Of a DNA stretch of 64,000 bases, positions 37,331 through 46,499 are shown in pieces. Position numbers and translations under genes: made by a program. Source of the DNA: a virus; the IMG/VR virus record IMGVR_UViG_3300021335_000009, positions 1 to 64,000 of that record. The stretch is one strand, 5' to 3'. Below the pieces are notes generated by a model, which made no database searches, was not told the origin of the DNA, and worked only from the letters and a program-made list of their open reading frames with translations. The first letter of the stretch is position 1. Every line of letters begins with the position of its first letter.

Positions 37331-38419
37331 TTATAAATTATCTTGAACCCTTTTAATTAAAAGGTCTACAGAGTTGCTGTAAGAAAATTTTTGTTTTAGT
37401 TTTTCCCCTTCTGTGTTTAATTGTCCCTTTTTTGAGACTGCAATATCCATGCATTGCGCCACATTGTCACTGTCCCAAGTGTAAATACTTCCTTGATTAA
37501 ACTCAGACCCTTCTTGAAAAAACTTATTGTCGTAACAGGGCTGCTTTCCATTGGGCTCTACAAGGATAGAGTTTGTATTATCAGCCCAATCTTTATGAGC
37601 AGTAGCATTTAAAACAATAGACCATTTTCCAAGGCAGGTAGCATTAAAGCTTGGCAAGTTAAACCCTTCTGCTCCACTTAATCCAGTTAAATCAATATCA
37701 ATTGCATTTAAAAAGTCATTAACTTCGGAATTCTTTTTTAAGTAAGGCAAAAAATTTATATTGCTGTACCTTTTTCCTTCTAAGCAGTTTGAAAGTAAAT
37801 TTTTATTTTCTTCCTTGTTAAAGAACGGATTCGTGACAAGAACACTCAATTGATATTTGTTGTTGTTTCCGTATTTTGAAAGCCACAGCTTAATTATCTT
37901 TTCTGTATGTTTTCTTTTTTCGAATTTGCCCATCAAACCAAAATGAACAACATCTGGATTTAAGTATCGCTTTTCTGTTTTGTAAAAACTTTTATCAAAT
38001 CCACAAGGAATAACTCCAGCGTCTACGCCTTTTTCTTTAAATTTATCTGCGGCATAATGACTAGAAAACCAGACTTTGTTTTGAAATTTTGCTAAATTTA
38101 CTTCAGAATCAGTAGGTTCGTCGAGCTCGTAAAAGCTATACAAAAATTGTTTTGCGCCAATTCTTTTTTGAGATCCGTTTAAGTGCCACAATTTTAAACA
38201 AGGAATGTCTGGCTTTATTCTTTTGTTTATATTTGAAGATGCTGACTGTAGCCATTTTTTAAAATCTTCTTCAATTTCAAAAGCAGAAAAATCAACATTA
38301 TTTGAAGTAGGGAACCATATTGTATTTATATCTTTACGATAAAGTTCTTGTAAAATATTAAAAGATACTTGACCAAAAGATAAGGCGTTTGCAGGGCAAT
38401 CTAAAATAAGTTGATTCAT
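37331..38419 (-). CDS. Glycosyltransferase (GT-B, GT4-like)
   Basis: GKFEKRKH, SGAEGFNLP motifs. Confidence 0.8.
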   Translation of the reverse strand: MNQLILDCPANALSFGQVSFNILQELYRKDINTIWFPTSNNVDFSAFEIEEDFKKWLQSASSNINKRIKPDIPCLKLWHLNGSQKRIGAKQFLYSFYELDEPTDSEVNLAKFQNKVWFSSHYAADKFKEKGVDAGVIPCGFDKSFYKTEKRYLNPDVVHFGLMGKFEKRKHTEKIIKLWLSKYGNNNKYQLSVLVTNPFFNKEENKNLLSNCLEGKRYSNINFLPYLKKNSEVNDFLNAIDIDLTGLSGAEGFNLPSFNATCLGKWSIVLNATAHKDWADNTNSILVEPNGKQPCYDNKFFQEGSEFNQGSIYTWDSDNVAQCMDIAVSKKGQLNTEGEKLKQKFSYSNSVDLLIKRVQDNL

Positions 38420-38431
38420 TTTTTAAGGTAT

Positions 38432-38471
38432 GAAAAATAAAAGCTTGGGCGAGATTAAAACCCGCCCAAGC
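38432..38471 (-). terminator. Terminator downstream of ssb
   Basis: Minus: GCTTGGGCGGG-TTTTAAT-CTCGCCCAAGC-TTTTATTTTT. Confidence 0.8.
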
Positions 38472-38497
38472 AAAAAAAATAATTTAAAAATTAAAAC

Positions 38498-38875
38498 TTA
38501 AAATGGGACATCATCATCATAATTTTCACTTGAAGAATTTGATCCTTCCTTAGATGAATCTTGAGGATTTTCATTTCTGCCTCCAATAAACTGAACATTA
38601 TCAGCTTTTACGTAAATCTTAGATTGAGACTTTCCATCCTTTTCCCAAATATCCTGAACAAGCCTTCCGTCTACAAGAACTTTTCTTCCTTTCTCTAAAT
38701 ATTTTTCGCAGATTTCTCCAAGCTTTCCCCACGCTTCAGCATCAATAAAAGATACCTTGTCTTTTAGGTAAGGGTCATTTACTGCCACTACCAAGCGAGT
38801 GACTTTTGAGTCTCCCGCAGTTCTTGTTTCAGGATCTCTTGCTAGATTTCCTACTAATACTGATTTGCTATACAT
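38498..38875 (-). CDS. ssb: Single-stranded DNA-binding protein
   Basis: LVGNLARDPE, AWGKLGE, KGRKVLVDGRL, acidic DDDVPF tail. Confidence 0.95.
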   Translation of the reverse strand: MYSKSVLVGNLARDPETRTAGDSKVTRLVVAVNDPYLKDKVSFIDAEAWGKLGEICEKYLEKGRKVLVDGRLVQDIWEKDGKSQSKIYVKADNVQFIGGRNENPQDSSKEGSNSSSENYDDDVPF

Positions 38876-39521
38876 GTTTTTTTATTTCTGTTAGGTGTCT
38901 ATTGTGAATATTAATACAAGCTTGAATACTTATATTTAACTTTTTAGCTATTTTTTTCCAAGGTGTCAATTTTTTTTCATTTTGATACCTCATTTTAAAG
39001 ATAGTTTCTAATCTTTTGTCTTTGTGGTTTTCTACAAAGGAAAAAATTTTATCTAAATTTTCTTCATCTTCTATCGATTTAATATTAAAATTATAAGACT
39101 CTAATGGTGCAAATTCTTGAAAAAAATCTCCCGATTCATTAGATTCTTTTTTTGATTTAAACAAAAGATTTTCGTTTTCTTGATCTATTGAAAAGCTTTG
39201 AGTTTTAATGCTTTTGTTAAAAATATTAAGGCATTTCCATCGAGCTACGTTTCCAACATAAGTGCTGAATTTTGTGTTTTTTCTTTCGTCGTATTTTATG
39301 ATAGCATCGTAGATACAGAAGTCCTTGTCTTCAAGTATATCTTCTTTATTTACTCCTGCAAAGTGACTAGGGATATATCTATTTACCATTTCCACGTAAA
39401 TCCCAGAATGCCTGCTCAATAACTCCTTAAAGCTTTCGGAGTCTTGATTTTTTTTAACTCTTTTTATCAGCAGTAAATCTTTTTCCATATTTTCCCGTGT
39501 GTTTGCTTTGCCATTTGCCAT
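38868..39521 (-). CDS. Sigma-70-family phage sigma factor (probable start MEKD at 39488)
   Basis: YDAIIKYD.....KFSTYV (region 2); IFKMRY......WKKIAKKLNIS (region 4 HTH). Confidence 0.75.
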   Translation of the reverse strand: MANGKANTRENMEKDLLLIKRVKKNQDSESFKELLSRHSGIYVEMVNRYIPSHFAGVNKEDILEDKDFCIYDAIIKYDERKNTKFSTYVGNVARWKCLNIFNKSIKTQSFSIDQENENLLFKSKKESNESGDFFQEFAPLESYNFNIKSIEDEENLDKIFSFVENHKDKRLETIFKMRYQNEKKLTPWKKIAKKLNISIQACINIHNRHLTEIKKHV

Positions 39522-40045
39522 AAAATCTCAGCATGATCCCTGCAATTTTTTAATTCGCTTGATCTGTAATTTGGCCAAGTATGCTTTAAATTAGAGACTT
39601 TACTAACCAAAGGGTCATTTTGTTTTTCTATTTCATTTGGGGCTAAATTTCCAATTTTTGAAATATGAATTACTACTCCATTTTGTTTTTGAATAGCCTC
39701 TGCTTCAAAATCAAATCTAACGTCCGTTATTATTGGAAAAGTTTTTGAAGATTCTTGATGTATTTTTTTAAACAAAAGATCTAACCAAATGGATTTGCCA
39801 TAGACCTTTTTCATTGTTTCTGCATGCAGCAAAACAAAGTCTCTTATTGTTTTTTTATCACTTTGGTCTTCCGTAAAAGCAGAAATTCCGTAATGAGATT
39901 TTAAAAAATCGTCTAAGTGTTTTTTTGGCTCAAAGGCAGAAGCAAAAGTTTTTACTTTAACGCCTAAATCTTCAGAAATCACTTCGGATAAATTTTCGGC
40001 TAAAGTATTTTTGCCAGACCTAGCTAATCCAGATACGCCTATCAT
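39467..40045 (-). CDS. Deoxynucleoside monophosphate kinase
   Basis: IGVSGLARSGKNT P-loop; IITDVRFDFEA motif. Confidence 0.85.
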   Translation of the reverse strand: MIGVSGLARSGKNTLAENLSEVISEDLGVKVKTFASAFEPKKHLDDFLKSHYGISAFTEDQSDKKTIRDFVLLHAETMKKVYGKSIWLDLLFKKIHQESSKTFPIITDVRFDFEAEAIQKQNGVVIHISKIGNLAPNEIEKQNDPLVSKVSNLKHTWPNYRSSELKNCRDHAEILWQMAKQTHGKIWKKIYC

Positions 40046-40332
40046 TTTGTTATATTTTTTATAATTTCAGAGATTGTTTTTGATTGTTCGTACATTCCTA
40101 AATCGGCAAAGACTTTATCTATTTTAACCAAAGAATCTGAATCTTCAAATTTTTCTTTAACTTTTTTTACTCTGATGCATGGAGAAACTTCAGCTTTTTT
40201 GTTTAAAAACTTAATCGAAGAGTCTAAAGCTAATTGGCAGGCTTGGTTTTTATCTTCGGCCAAAACAACGGTAGACCAATTTGCGGAAGTGCAAAAGTAA
40301 AAATTTTGCTTAGAGGTTTCTAACTTAATCAT
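40042..40332 (-). CDS. Hypothetical protein
   Basis: Start set at ATG 40332, 7 nt after TTGACT-N16-TAAATT promoter. Confidence 0.6.
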   Translation of the reverse strand: MIKLETSKQNFYFCTSANWSTVVLAEDKNQACQLALDSSIKFLNKKAEVSPCIRVKKVKEKFEDSDSLVKIDKVFADLGMYEQSKTISEIIKNITK

Positions 40333-40365
40333 TCTTATGAATTTAAACAAAACTTTGAAAAAGTC

Positions 40366-40534
40366 AAGTCAAAAATTTTTTGACTTATATATTTATATAT
40401 ATAATTAATATATAATTATTAAATATATTAATAATAATAAATATTTTATATATATAATTTATATTACTCTCTCTCTCGCTTCGCTCGTTCGTTCGTAATT
40501 AACTTAATTATACGCCGAATACACCAAAAGTCAA
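40366..40534. other. Putative replication origin region
   Basis: 21-bp palindrome, 82-nt pure A/T tract, CT/TCG strand-biased repeat, inward-firing consensus promoter; lies at a transcription divergence point. Confidence 0.5.
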
Positions 40535-40570
40535 GTAAAAAAAAATTTTTTTCAAATTTAGCAAAAATAA

Positions 40571-40598
40571 TTGACAATCAGGTTTGTTTGTGTAAGAT
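40571..40598 (+). promoter_or_regulatory. Sigma70-type promoter of RNR operon
   Basis: TTGACA-N16-TAAGAT, 6 nt before ATG. Confidence 0.75.
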
Positions 40599-40604
40599 GG
40601 TTGT

Positions 40605-41573
40605 ATGCTATTTGAAGAACAAATTTCTAGAAAACCTAACTTGTATCCTTGGACAGAAGAATTTATTCATGCCATGTGGAATGGCCACTGGACAGACCGA
40701 GAATTTTCTTTTAAATCGGACATTCAAGATTTCAAAGTCAAGCTTTCTAATCAAGAAAAAGAAATGGCTTCTAGGGCTTTGTCCGCTATCGGGCAAATAG
40801 AAGTTGCGGTAAAAACTTTTTGGGCAAAATTGGGCGACAATTTACCTCACCCTTCGATTCAAGACATGGGTTACGTCATGGCGAATATCGAATGTATTCA
40901 TAATTCGGCCTACGAAAGACTGCTGAAAGAGTTAGATTTAAACGATCTTTTTGAAGAAAATTTGAAATTAGATTGGATAAAAGGAAGGGTTAAATATTTA
41001 AAAAAATACACTCACAAATTTCACGCAGACAACAAAAAACAATTTATTTATTCTTTGATTTTGTTTACTTTGTTTGTCGAGAATGTTTCTCTTTTTTCGC
41101 AGTTTTATGTTATCCTCTGGTTTGGTAGAAAAAATTTATTAAAAGACACTTGCCAGCAAGTTCTTTATACCCTAAAAGAAGAAGATATTCACGCCAAAAT
41201 AGGGATGAAGTTAATCAACGCGATTAGAGAAGAGTATCCTGACTTATTTGACGAAGGCCTCCAAAAAAGAATTCTCGAAGAGGCTAAAGAAGCTTACAAA
41301 GCAGAAGAAAAAATGGTAGATTGGATGGTAAATGGCAAAAAAGGAGATTACTTAAACGCCTCTTTGCTTAAAGAGTTTATCAAAAACAGAATAAACGATT
41401 CTTTAGCAGAAATTAAATATCCTAAAATATTTGACATCGACAAAAAAATCATAAAGAATACTCAATGGTTTGACGAAATGGCTTACGGAAACAACATGGT
41501 AGATTTTTTTAACCAAAGGCCTACAGAATACTCCAAAAAAAGCCAATCATTTGAAGAAGAAGATTTATTTTAA
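40605..41573 (+). CDS. nrdB: Ribonucleotide reductase beta subunit (NrdBi/class Id-like)
   Basis: QIEVAVKTFW, ECIHNSAY, ENVSLFSQF, EEDIH, DFFNQRPTEY. Confidence 0.93.
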   Translation: MLFEEQISRKPNLYPWTEEFIHAMWNGHWTDREFSFKSDIQDFKVKLSNQEKEMASRALSAIGQIEVAVKTFWAKLGDNLPHPSIQDMGYVMANIECIHNSAYERLLKELDLNDLFEENLKLDWIKGRVKYLKKYTHKFHADNKKQFIYSLILFTLFVENVSLFSQFYVILWFGRKNLLKDTCQQVLYTLKEEDIHAKIGMKLINAIREEYPDLFDEGLQKRILEEAKEAYKAEEKMVDWMVNGKKGDYLNASLLKEFIKNRINDSLAEIKYPKIFDIDKKIIKNTQWFDEMAYGNNMVDFFNQRPTEYSKKSQSFEEEDLF

Positions 41574-41579
41574 TAACAC

Positions 41580-43247
41580 ATGGAACAAGAAAAAAAAGAT
41601 TTTTACTGGTTAAATGAAGAATCCAAGATTTTTTTAACAAAAAATGAAGGGTATTTAAAAAAAGGAGTTGATCCTATAGATAGGTTGCAAATTATTGCAG
41701 AAAATGCAGAGAAAATTTTAGGAGTTTCTGGTTTTGCTTCTAAATTCATGAGGTACTTGGCCAAGGGGTATTATTCTTTGTCTACTCCAGTTTGGACTAA
41801 TTTTGGGAACGATAGAGGTCTTCCTGTTAGTTGTTTTGGGTCTTACATTTCTGATGAATTAACCGAGATTTTAGGTAAGGTTTCAGAAATTGGAATCATG
41901 ACAAAATATGGTGGAGGCACATCTGGATACTTCGGAGACCTTCGCCCAAGAGGGTCAAAAATCAAAACTTCAGGAGGGGAATCTACAGGTGTTGTTCCTT
42001 TTTTGGAGTTATACGAAGTGGCTTCAGAAGTCATTACTCAAGGCAATGCAAGAAGAGGTTTTTTTGCTGCTTATTTAAACATTGATCATCCAGATATTGA
42101 AGAATTTTTAAAAATCAGAGAAGATGGAAATTCAATTCAAAACCTTGCTATTGGAGTCACTATTACAGATGACTGGATGCAAGAAATGAAAAATGGAGAT
42201 AAAGAAAAAAGAAAAATTTGGGGCAAAGTGATCAAAAAAAGATATGAGTCAGGATTTCCTTACATCTCTTTTATTGATAACATGAATAATAATGCTCCAA
42301 AAGCTTATAAAGACAAAAATTTAAAAATAAAAGCTTCAAATTTATGCAATGAAATTTCTCTTTTTTCCGACAAAGATAATTCATTTGTTTGTGTTTTATC
42401 TTCCATTAATCTTTTGCATTGGGATGAGATTAAAAAAACGGACGCTGTTGAAACATTAACTTGGTTTTTAGAAGCTGTTAATGAAGAATTTGTCAAAAAA
42501 TCTTCTACCGACAAAAACCTGAAATCAGCTTATAATTTTTCAAAAAATCACAGAGCTTTAGGTTTAGGAGTTTTAGGGTGGCACTCCTATCTTCAATCAA
42601 AAAATATTGCTTTTGAATCTATGCAAGCAAAGCTGCTTAACTCAGAAATATTTTCTGAATTAGACAAAAAAACTTTAAAAGCGTCTCAAGAAATGGCGCA
42701 AAAATATGGAGAGCCAGAACTTTTAAAAGGATACGGAGTTAGAAATGTTACCAGAATGGCTATAGCGCCAACAACATCATCTTCTTTTATTCTTGGGCAA
42801 GTTTCTCCTAGCATTGAACCGTTAAATTCAAACTATTTTGTTAAAAATTTAGCTAAAGGAAATTTTACATACAAAAATCCATACTTAAAAGAAGTTTTAA
42901 AATCTTACGAAAAAGATAATCAAGAAGTTTGGAAATCTATATTAACTCGCGGAGGATCTGTTCAGCATTTAGACTTTTTATCAGAAAATGAAAAAAATGT
43001 TTTTAAAACTTTTGGAGAAATTTCCCAAAAAGAAATAATTATACAAGCATCTGCAAGACAAAAATACATTGATCAAGGGCAATCTTTAAACATTATGATT
43101 CCCCCAAAAACTCCAGCAAAAGAAGTTAATCAATTGATGATTGAAGCATGGGAAATGGGAATAAAAGGTTTATACTACCAAAGAGGGGCAAACCCATCCC
43201 AAGAATTAAGTAGGAGCATTTTAGAATGTCAATCTTGCTCAGGTTAA
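41580..43247 (+). CDS. nrdA: Ribonucleotide reductase alpha subunit (no ATP cone)
   Basis: PVSCF, SNLCNEI, CVLSS, AIAPTTSSS, IDQGQSLN, LYY, C-terminal CQSC. Confidence 0.95.
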   Translation: MEQEKKDFYWLNEESKIFLTKNEGYLKKGVDPIDRLQIIAENAEKILGVSGFASKFMRYLAKGYYSLSTPVWTNFGNDRGLPVSCFGSYISDELTEILGKVSEIGIMTKYGGGTSGYFGDLRPRGSKIKTSGGESTGVVPFLELYEVASEVITQGNARRGFFAAYLNIDHPDIEEFLKIREDGNSIQNLAIGVTITDDWMQEMKNGDKEKRKIWGKVIKKRYESGFPYISFIDNMNNNAPKAYKDKNLKIKASNLCNEISLFSDKDNSFVCVLSSINLLHWDEIKKTDAVETLTWFLEAVNEEFVKKSSTDKNLKSAYNFSKNHRALGLGVLGWHSYLQSKNIAFESMQAKLLNSEIFSELDKKTLKASQEMAQKYGEPELLKGYGVRNVTRMAIAPTTSSSFILGQVSPSIEPLNSNYFVKNLAKGNFTYKNPYLKEVLKSYEKDNQEVWKSILTRGGSVQHLDFLSENEKNVFKTFGEISQKEIIIQASARQKYIDQGQSLNIMIPPKTPAKEVNQLMIEAWEMGIKGLYYQRGANPSQELSRSILECQSCSG

Positions 43248-43255
43248 AATAAAAC

Positions 43256-43286
43256 AAGTCCCGATTTAAAAAGTCGGGATTTTTTT
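43256..43286 (+). terminator. Terminator after nrdA
   Basis: AAGTCCCGATTT-AA-AAAGTCGGGA + T7. Confidence 0.8.
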
Positions 43287-43309
43287 ATATATTAGTGTAA
43301 TATTATATT

Positions 43310-44047
43310 ATGGGAAGTTTTCACCTACATGATATACAGAGAAAAACAGGAAAATTTATTAGAAAATTTGGCACGCATGACAATGTAAGTCAAAACACTA
43401 CTAATGAGTCAATTTGGAGCTATGCAGATGTTGCGGGAGACTATGTTTTTCCTAATGATTTAGGGGAAATAATGTATGTTTCTAGCAACAATTCCTTAGA
43501 CACTATGCCTGTAAAGATCGAAGGGTTAGACGAAAATTTTCAAGAAAAAACTCAAACCATAAACCTTCAAGGAAATAACTTATTGCAGTTAAGTGGAAAA
43601 TGGTCTCGTATAAATCGAGCTTATAATGATGACACTAACGATGTATCTGGAAATGTTTTTGTTTATACATCTGGAGAGAATACAAATGGAACGCCAGATA
43701 ACCCAAGCGATGTAAAAGCCATAATTGAAAATGGACACAATCAAACAATGCAGGCTATTTATACATGCCCCATTGATAGACAATTAAACATATCTTCTTA
43801 TCATCTTTCTTGTGACGCAAAGACGGCAAATACAACAGCAAATTTAACAATAAAAATGATTGTAAGAAAAAAAAGCTCAGTTTTTAGAACACAAGAAATT
43901 ATAGCTTTATCTAATCATTGTCCATCAATAGTTAAATTTGACATGCCTTTGGATATTGCAGGAGGAAGTGACGTAACATTTCAAATAGTTAGCTCTACTT
44001 CTAACAATATGCATGTACATTGTGTTTTTGAAGGAATGCTTTTGTAA
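43310..44047 (+). CDS. Hypothetical virion protein
   Basis: 245 aa; KFG..N...ESIW, IEGLD.NF, NQT.QAIYTCP motifs common in phage structural proteins; GTGTAA upstream. Confidence 0.55.
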   Translation: MGSFHLHDIQRKTGKFIRKFGTHDNVSQNTTNESIWSYADVAGDYVFPNDLGEIMYVSSNNSLDTMPVKIEGLDENFQEKTQTINLQGNNLLQLSGKWSRINRAYNDDTNDVSGNVFVYTSGENTNGTPDNPSDVKAIIENGHNQTMQAIYTCPIDRQLNISSYHLSCDAKTANTTANLTIKMIVRKKSSVFRTQEIIALSNHCPSIVKFDMPLDIAGGSDVTFQIVSSTSNNMHVHCVFEGMLL

Positions 44048-44094
44048 AAATTTATTTTTTTTGTGTTTTTCTCTTTTAAAAAGTGTAATTTTAT

Positions 44095-44571
44095 ATGCAC
44101 AAATTAAAAAACATGGATAAAAATACAATAGTGTCATTAACTATAGGAGTTCTTTATTTGGCTGGGATTGCTGGCGGTTTTCTTGTTTACGACTCGATTA
44201 CAGAAGTCAAAGAAATAAAAGAAGACTTGAACCCCAGAATGAATGTTGTTGAACATAGAGTTAAACAGTCAGAATTAAAAAACAAAGAATTAGAAAAAGA
44301 GCTCAAAGAAAAAATTAAAGAAAAAAACGAAACAGAGACAGAAATTATGCGGTCTCTGTATGAATTAGTAAGAAACCATGATTCTGATATTAAAATTATA
44401 GCCGCAAAAGTCTCAGAAAACAAAGAAGATATTCAAACACTAGCAGAAGAAGTGAAATACAGCGTAAAAGAAATCTCCAGCGATATAAAAAAACTTTTGC
44501 AAGACTCAACACAATCAATTGAAAAAATAAATTCTATAAAAAAAGAATTAGATGGCAAAAAAAATAAATAA
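44095..44571 (+). CDS. Membrane-anchored coiled-coil protein (possible lysis accessory)
   Basis: One N-terminal TM helix (IVSLTIGVLYLAGIAGGFLVY) then coiled coil. Confidence 0.55.
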   Translation: MHKLKNMDKNTIVSLTIGVLYLAGIAGGFLVYDSITEVKEIKEDLNPRMNVVEHRVKQSELKNKELEKELKEKIKEKNETETEIMRSLYELVRNHDSDIKIIAAKVSENKEDIQTLAEEVKYSVKEISSDIKKLLQDSTQSIEKINSIKKELDGKKNK

Positions 44572-44581
44572 TTAAAATAAA

Positions 44582-44920
44582 ATGCCAGCAGACACATACA
44601 ACATAACAATTGAAAAACGGGCTACTTTTTTTGTAACCTTGACAATAAAAAATTCTGATGGTAGCGCATTTGATCTTACTAATTGTTCTTTAGCGTCTCA
44701 AATAAGAATAGATCAATCAAACGCTTTACAAGCAGATTTTACGACTGCTATTGTTGGAAACCCTACGGACGGAGTAGCAAGCCTTTCTTTATCAAAAGAG
44801 CAATCGTCCTCGCTATCTACAGCTCAAAGTTCTTATGATTTGTTTTTAGATAAAGACGATGGAACTTCTGAAAAAATTTTAAAAGGGTCTGTGACTATTG
44901 AAGAAAATGAAACCCAATGA
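44582..44920 (+). CDS. BppU-N-like virion adaptor protein
   Basis: YNITIEKRATF...DLTNC....QIR...YDL....KILKGSVTI pattern. Confidence 0.6.
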   Translation: MPADTYNITIEKRATFFVTLTIKNSDGSAFDLTNCSLASQIRIDQSNALQADFTTAIVGNPTDGVASLSLSKEQSSSLSTAQSSYDLFLDKDDGTSEKILKGSVTIEENETQ

Positions 44921-46434
44921 ATTTGTCAGTAACAGTTTCTGGAGAAAACCCAACTTCAGTTTCTCTTGTAGAAGAATTAAATAATAATATTTTCATATCA
45001 GGAAACGCTTCTTTTGAGGCAAAAAAAACTGATATAAAAAATATTTTGGTAATTGTAGGTGAAAAAGACAATATTAATGTTCACTCTCAAAACACCATTT
45101 ACGTTACTGGGGATGTAGTTAGACCTTCTGAAATAGCACCCATTCAAACCGCAATAAGCGATCTCGATTCAAGAGTCGCTTCCAACGATTCGGACATTGG
45201 AGCTCTACAAACTGCGACGGGCGATCTTGATTCAAGAGTCGCTTCCAACGATTCGGACATTGGAGCTCTACAAACTGCGACGGGCGATCTCGATTCAAGG
45301 GTCGCCTCGAACGATTCGGACATTGGAGCTCTACAAACTGCGACGGGCGATCTCGATTCAAGGGTCGCCTCGAACGATTCGGACATTGGAGCTCTACAAA
45401 CTGCGACGGGCGATCTCGATTCAAGAGTCGCTTCCAACGATTCGGACATTGGGGCTCTACAAACGGCTACGGGCGATCTCGATTCAAGGGTTGCCTCGAA
45501 CGATTCGGACATTGGGGCTCTACAAACGGCTACGGGCGATCTCGATTCAAGGGTTGCCTCGAACGATTCGGACATTGGAGCTCTACAAACTGCGACGGGC
45601 GATCTCGATTCAAGGGTTGCCTCGAACGATTCGGACATTGGGGCTCTACAAACGGCTACGGGCGATCTCGATTCAAGGGCTGCCTCGAACGATTCGGACA
45701 TTGGAGCTCTACAAACTGCGACGGGCGATCTCGATTCAAGGGTCGCCTCGAACGATTCGGACATTGGAGCTCTACAAACGGCTACGGGCGATCTCGATTC
45801 AAGGGTCGCTTTGAACGATTCGGACATTGGGGCTCTACAAACGGCTACGGGCGATCTCGATTCAAGGGTCGCCTCGAACGATTCGGACATTGGAGCTCTA
45901 CAAACGGCTACGGGCGATCTCGATTCAAGGGTTACCTCGAACGATTCGGACATTGGAGCTCTACAAACGGCGACGGGCGATCTCGATTCAAGAGTCGCTT
46001 CGAACGATTCGGACATTGGAGCTCTACAAACGGCGACGGGCGATCTCGATTCAAGAGTCGCTTCGAACGATTCGGACATTGGAGCTCTACAAACGGCGAC
46101 GGGCGATCTCGATTCAAGAGTCGCTTCGAATACAAGTGGTGTAAACACACTAACTGGAAATTTTTCCAAAACACAACTCAACCTAAAATACAAAGAATAT
46201 CAACAAACTTATTTCAAAGATTTTATAGAAATTTCTGGAGATTTGTCAAAAATAGAAATTTATGAATCATCTTCAAAAAACACAAAATTTTTCACTCAAA
46301 ACTTTTTTTATAATTTTTCTGGAGATTTAACAGGAGTCTTAATAACCGATCATTTAGACAACAAAACATTAACTAAAAATTACGTGTATAACATAAGCGG
46401 AGATTTAGTAAATATTTTAGAAAATTATTCATAA
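44917..46434 (+). CDS. Coiled-coil fibre protein with 21-aa tandem repeats
   Basis: About 15.7 x QTATGDLDSRVASNDSDIGAL. Confidence 0.75.
   Translation: MNLSVTVSGENPTSVSLVEELNNNIFISGNASFEAKKTDIKNILVIVGEKDNINVHSQNTIYVTGDVVRPSEIAPIQTAISDLDSRVASNDSDIGALQTATGDLDSRVASNDSDIGALQTATGDLDSRVASNDSDIGALQTATGDLDSRVASNDSDIGALQTATGDLDSRVASNDSDIGALQTATGDLDSRVASNDSDIGALQTATGDLDSRVASNDSDIGALQTATGDLDSRVASNDSDIGALQTATGDLDSRAASNDSDIGALQTATGDLDSRVASNDSDIGALQTATGDLDSRVALNDSDIGALQTATGDLDSRVASNDSDIGALQTATGDLDSRVTSNDSDIGALQTATGDLDSRVASNDSDIGALQTATGDLDSRVASNDSDIGALQTATGDLDSRVASNTSGVNTLTGNFSKTQLNLKYKEYQQTYFKDFIEISGDLSKIEIYESSSKNTKFFTQNFFYNFSGDLTGVLITDHLDNKTLTKNYVYNISGDLVNILENYS
45145..46131 (+). repeat. 63-bp tandem repeat array, about 15.7 copies
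   Basis: GATCTCGATTCAAG...AACGATTCGGACATTGG recurring every 63 nt. Confidence 0.95.
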
Positions 46435-46499
46435 TGGCGTCAACCTGTACAAACTTTGTTTCGTTCTTCCTTACTGGTAGAGCAATGCGTATTCGATAA
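46434..46499 (+). CDS. 21-aa mini-ORF MASTCTNFVSFFLTGRAMRIR
   Basis: TAATG stop/start overlaps at both ends. Confidence 0.35.
   Translation: MASTCTNFVSFFLTGRAMRIR

Noticed and set aside
35577-46131. The 69-bp and 63-bp arrays as CRISPR arrays
   Set aside because: Unit lengths are multiples of three, in frame within genes, with no unique spacers or cas genes
45119-46193. Long antisense and alternative ORFs in the 63-bp array, and similarly 32825-33364(-)
   Set aside because: Shadows of repeat-coding sense genes
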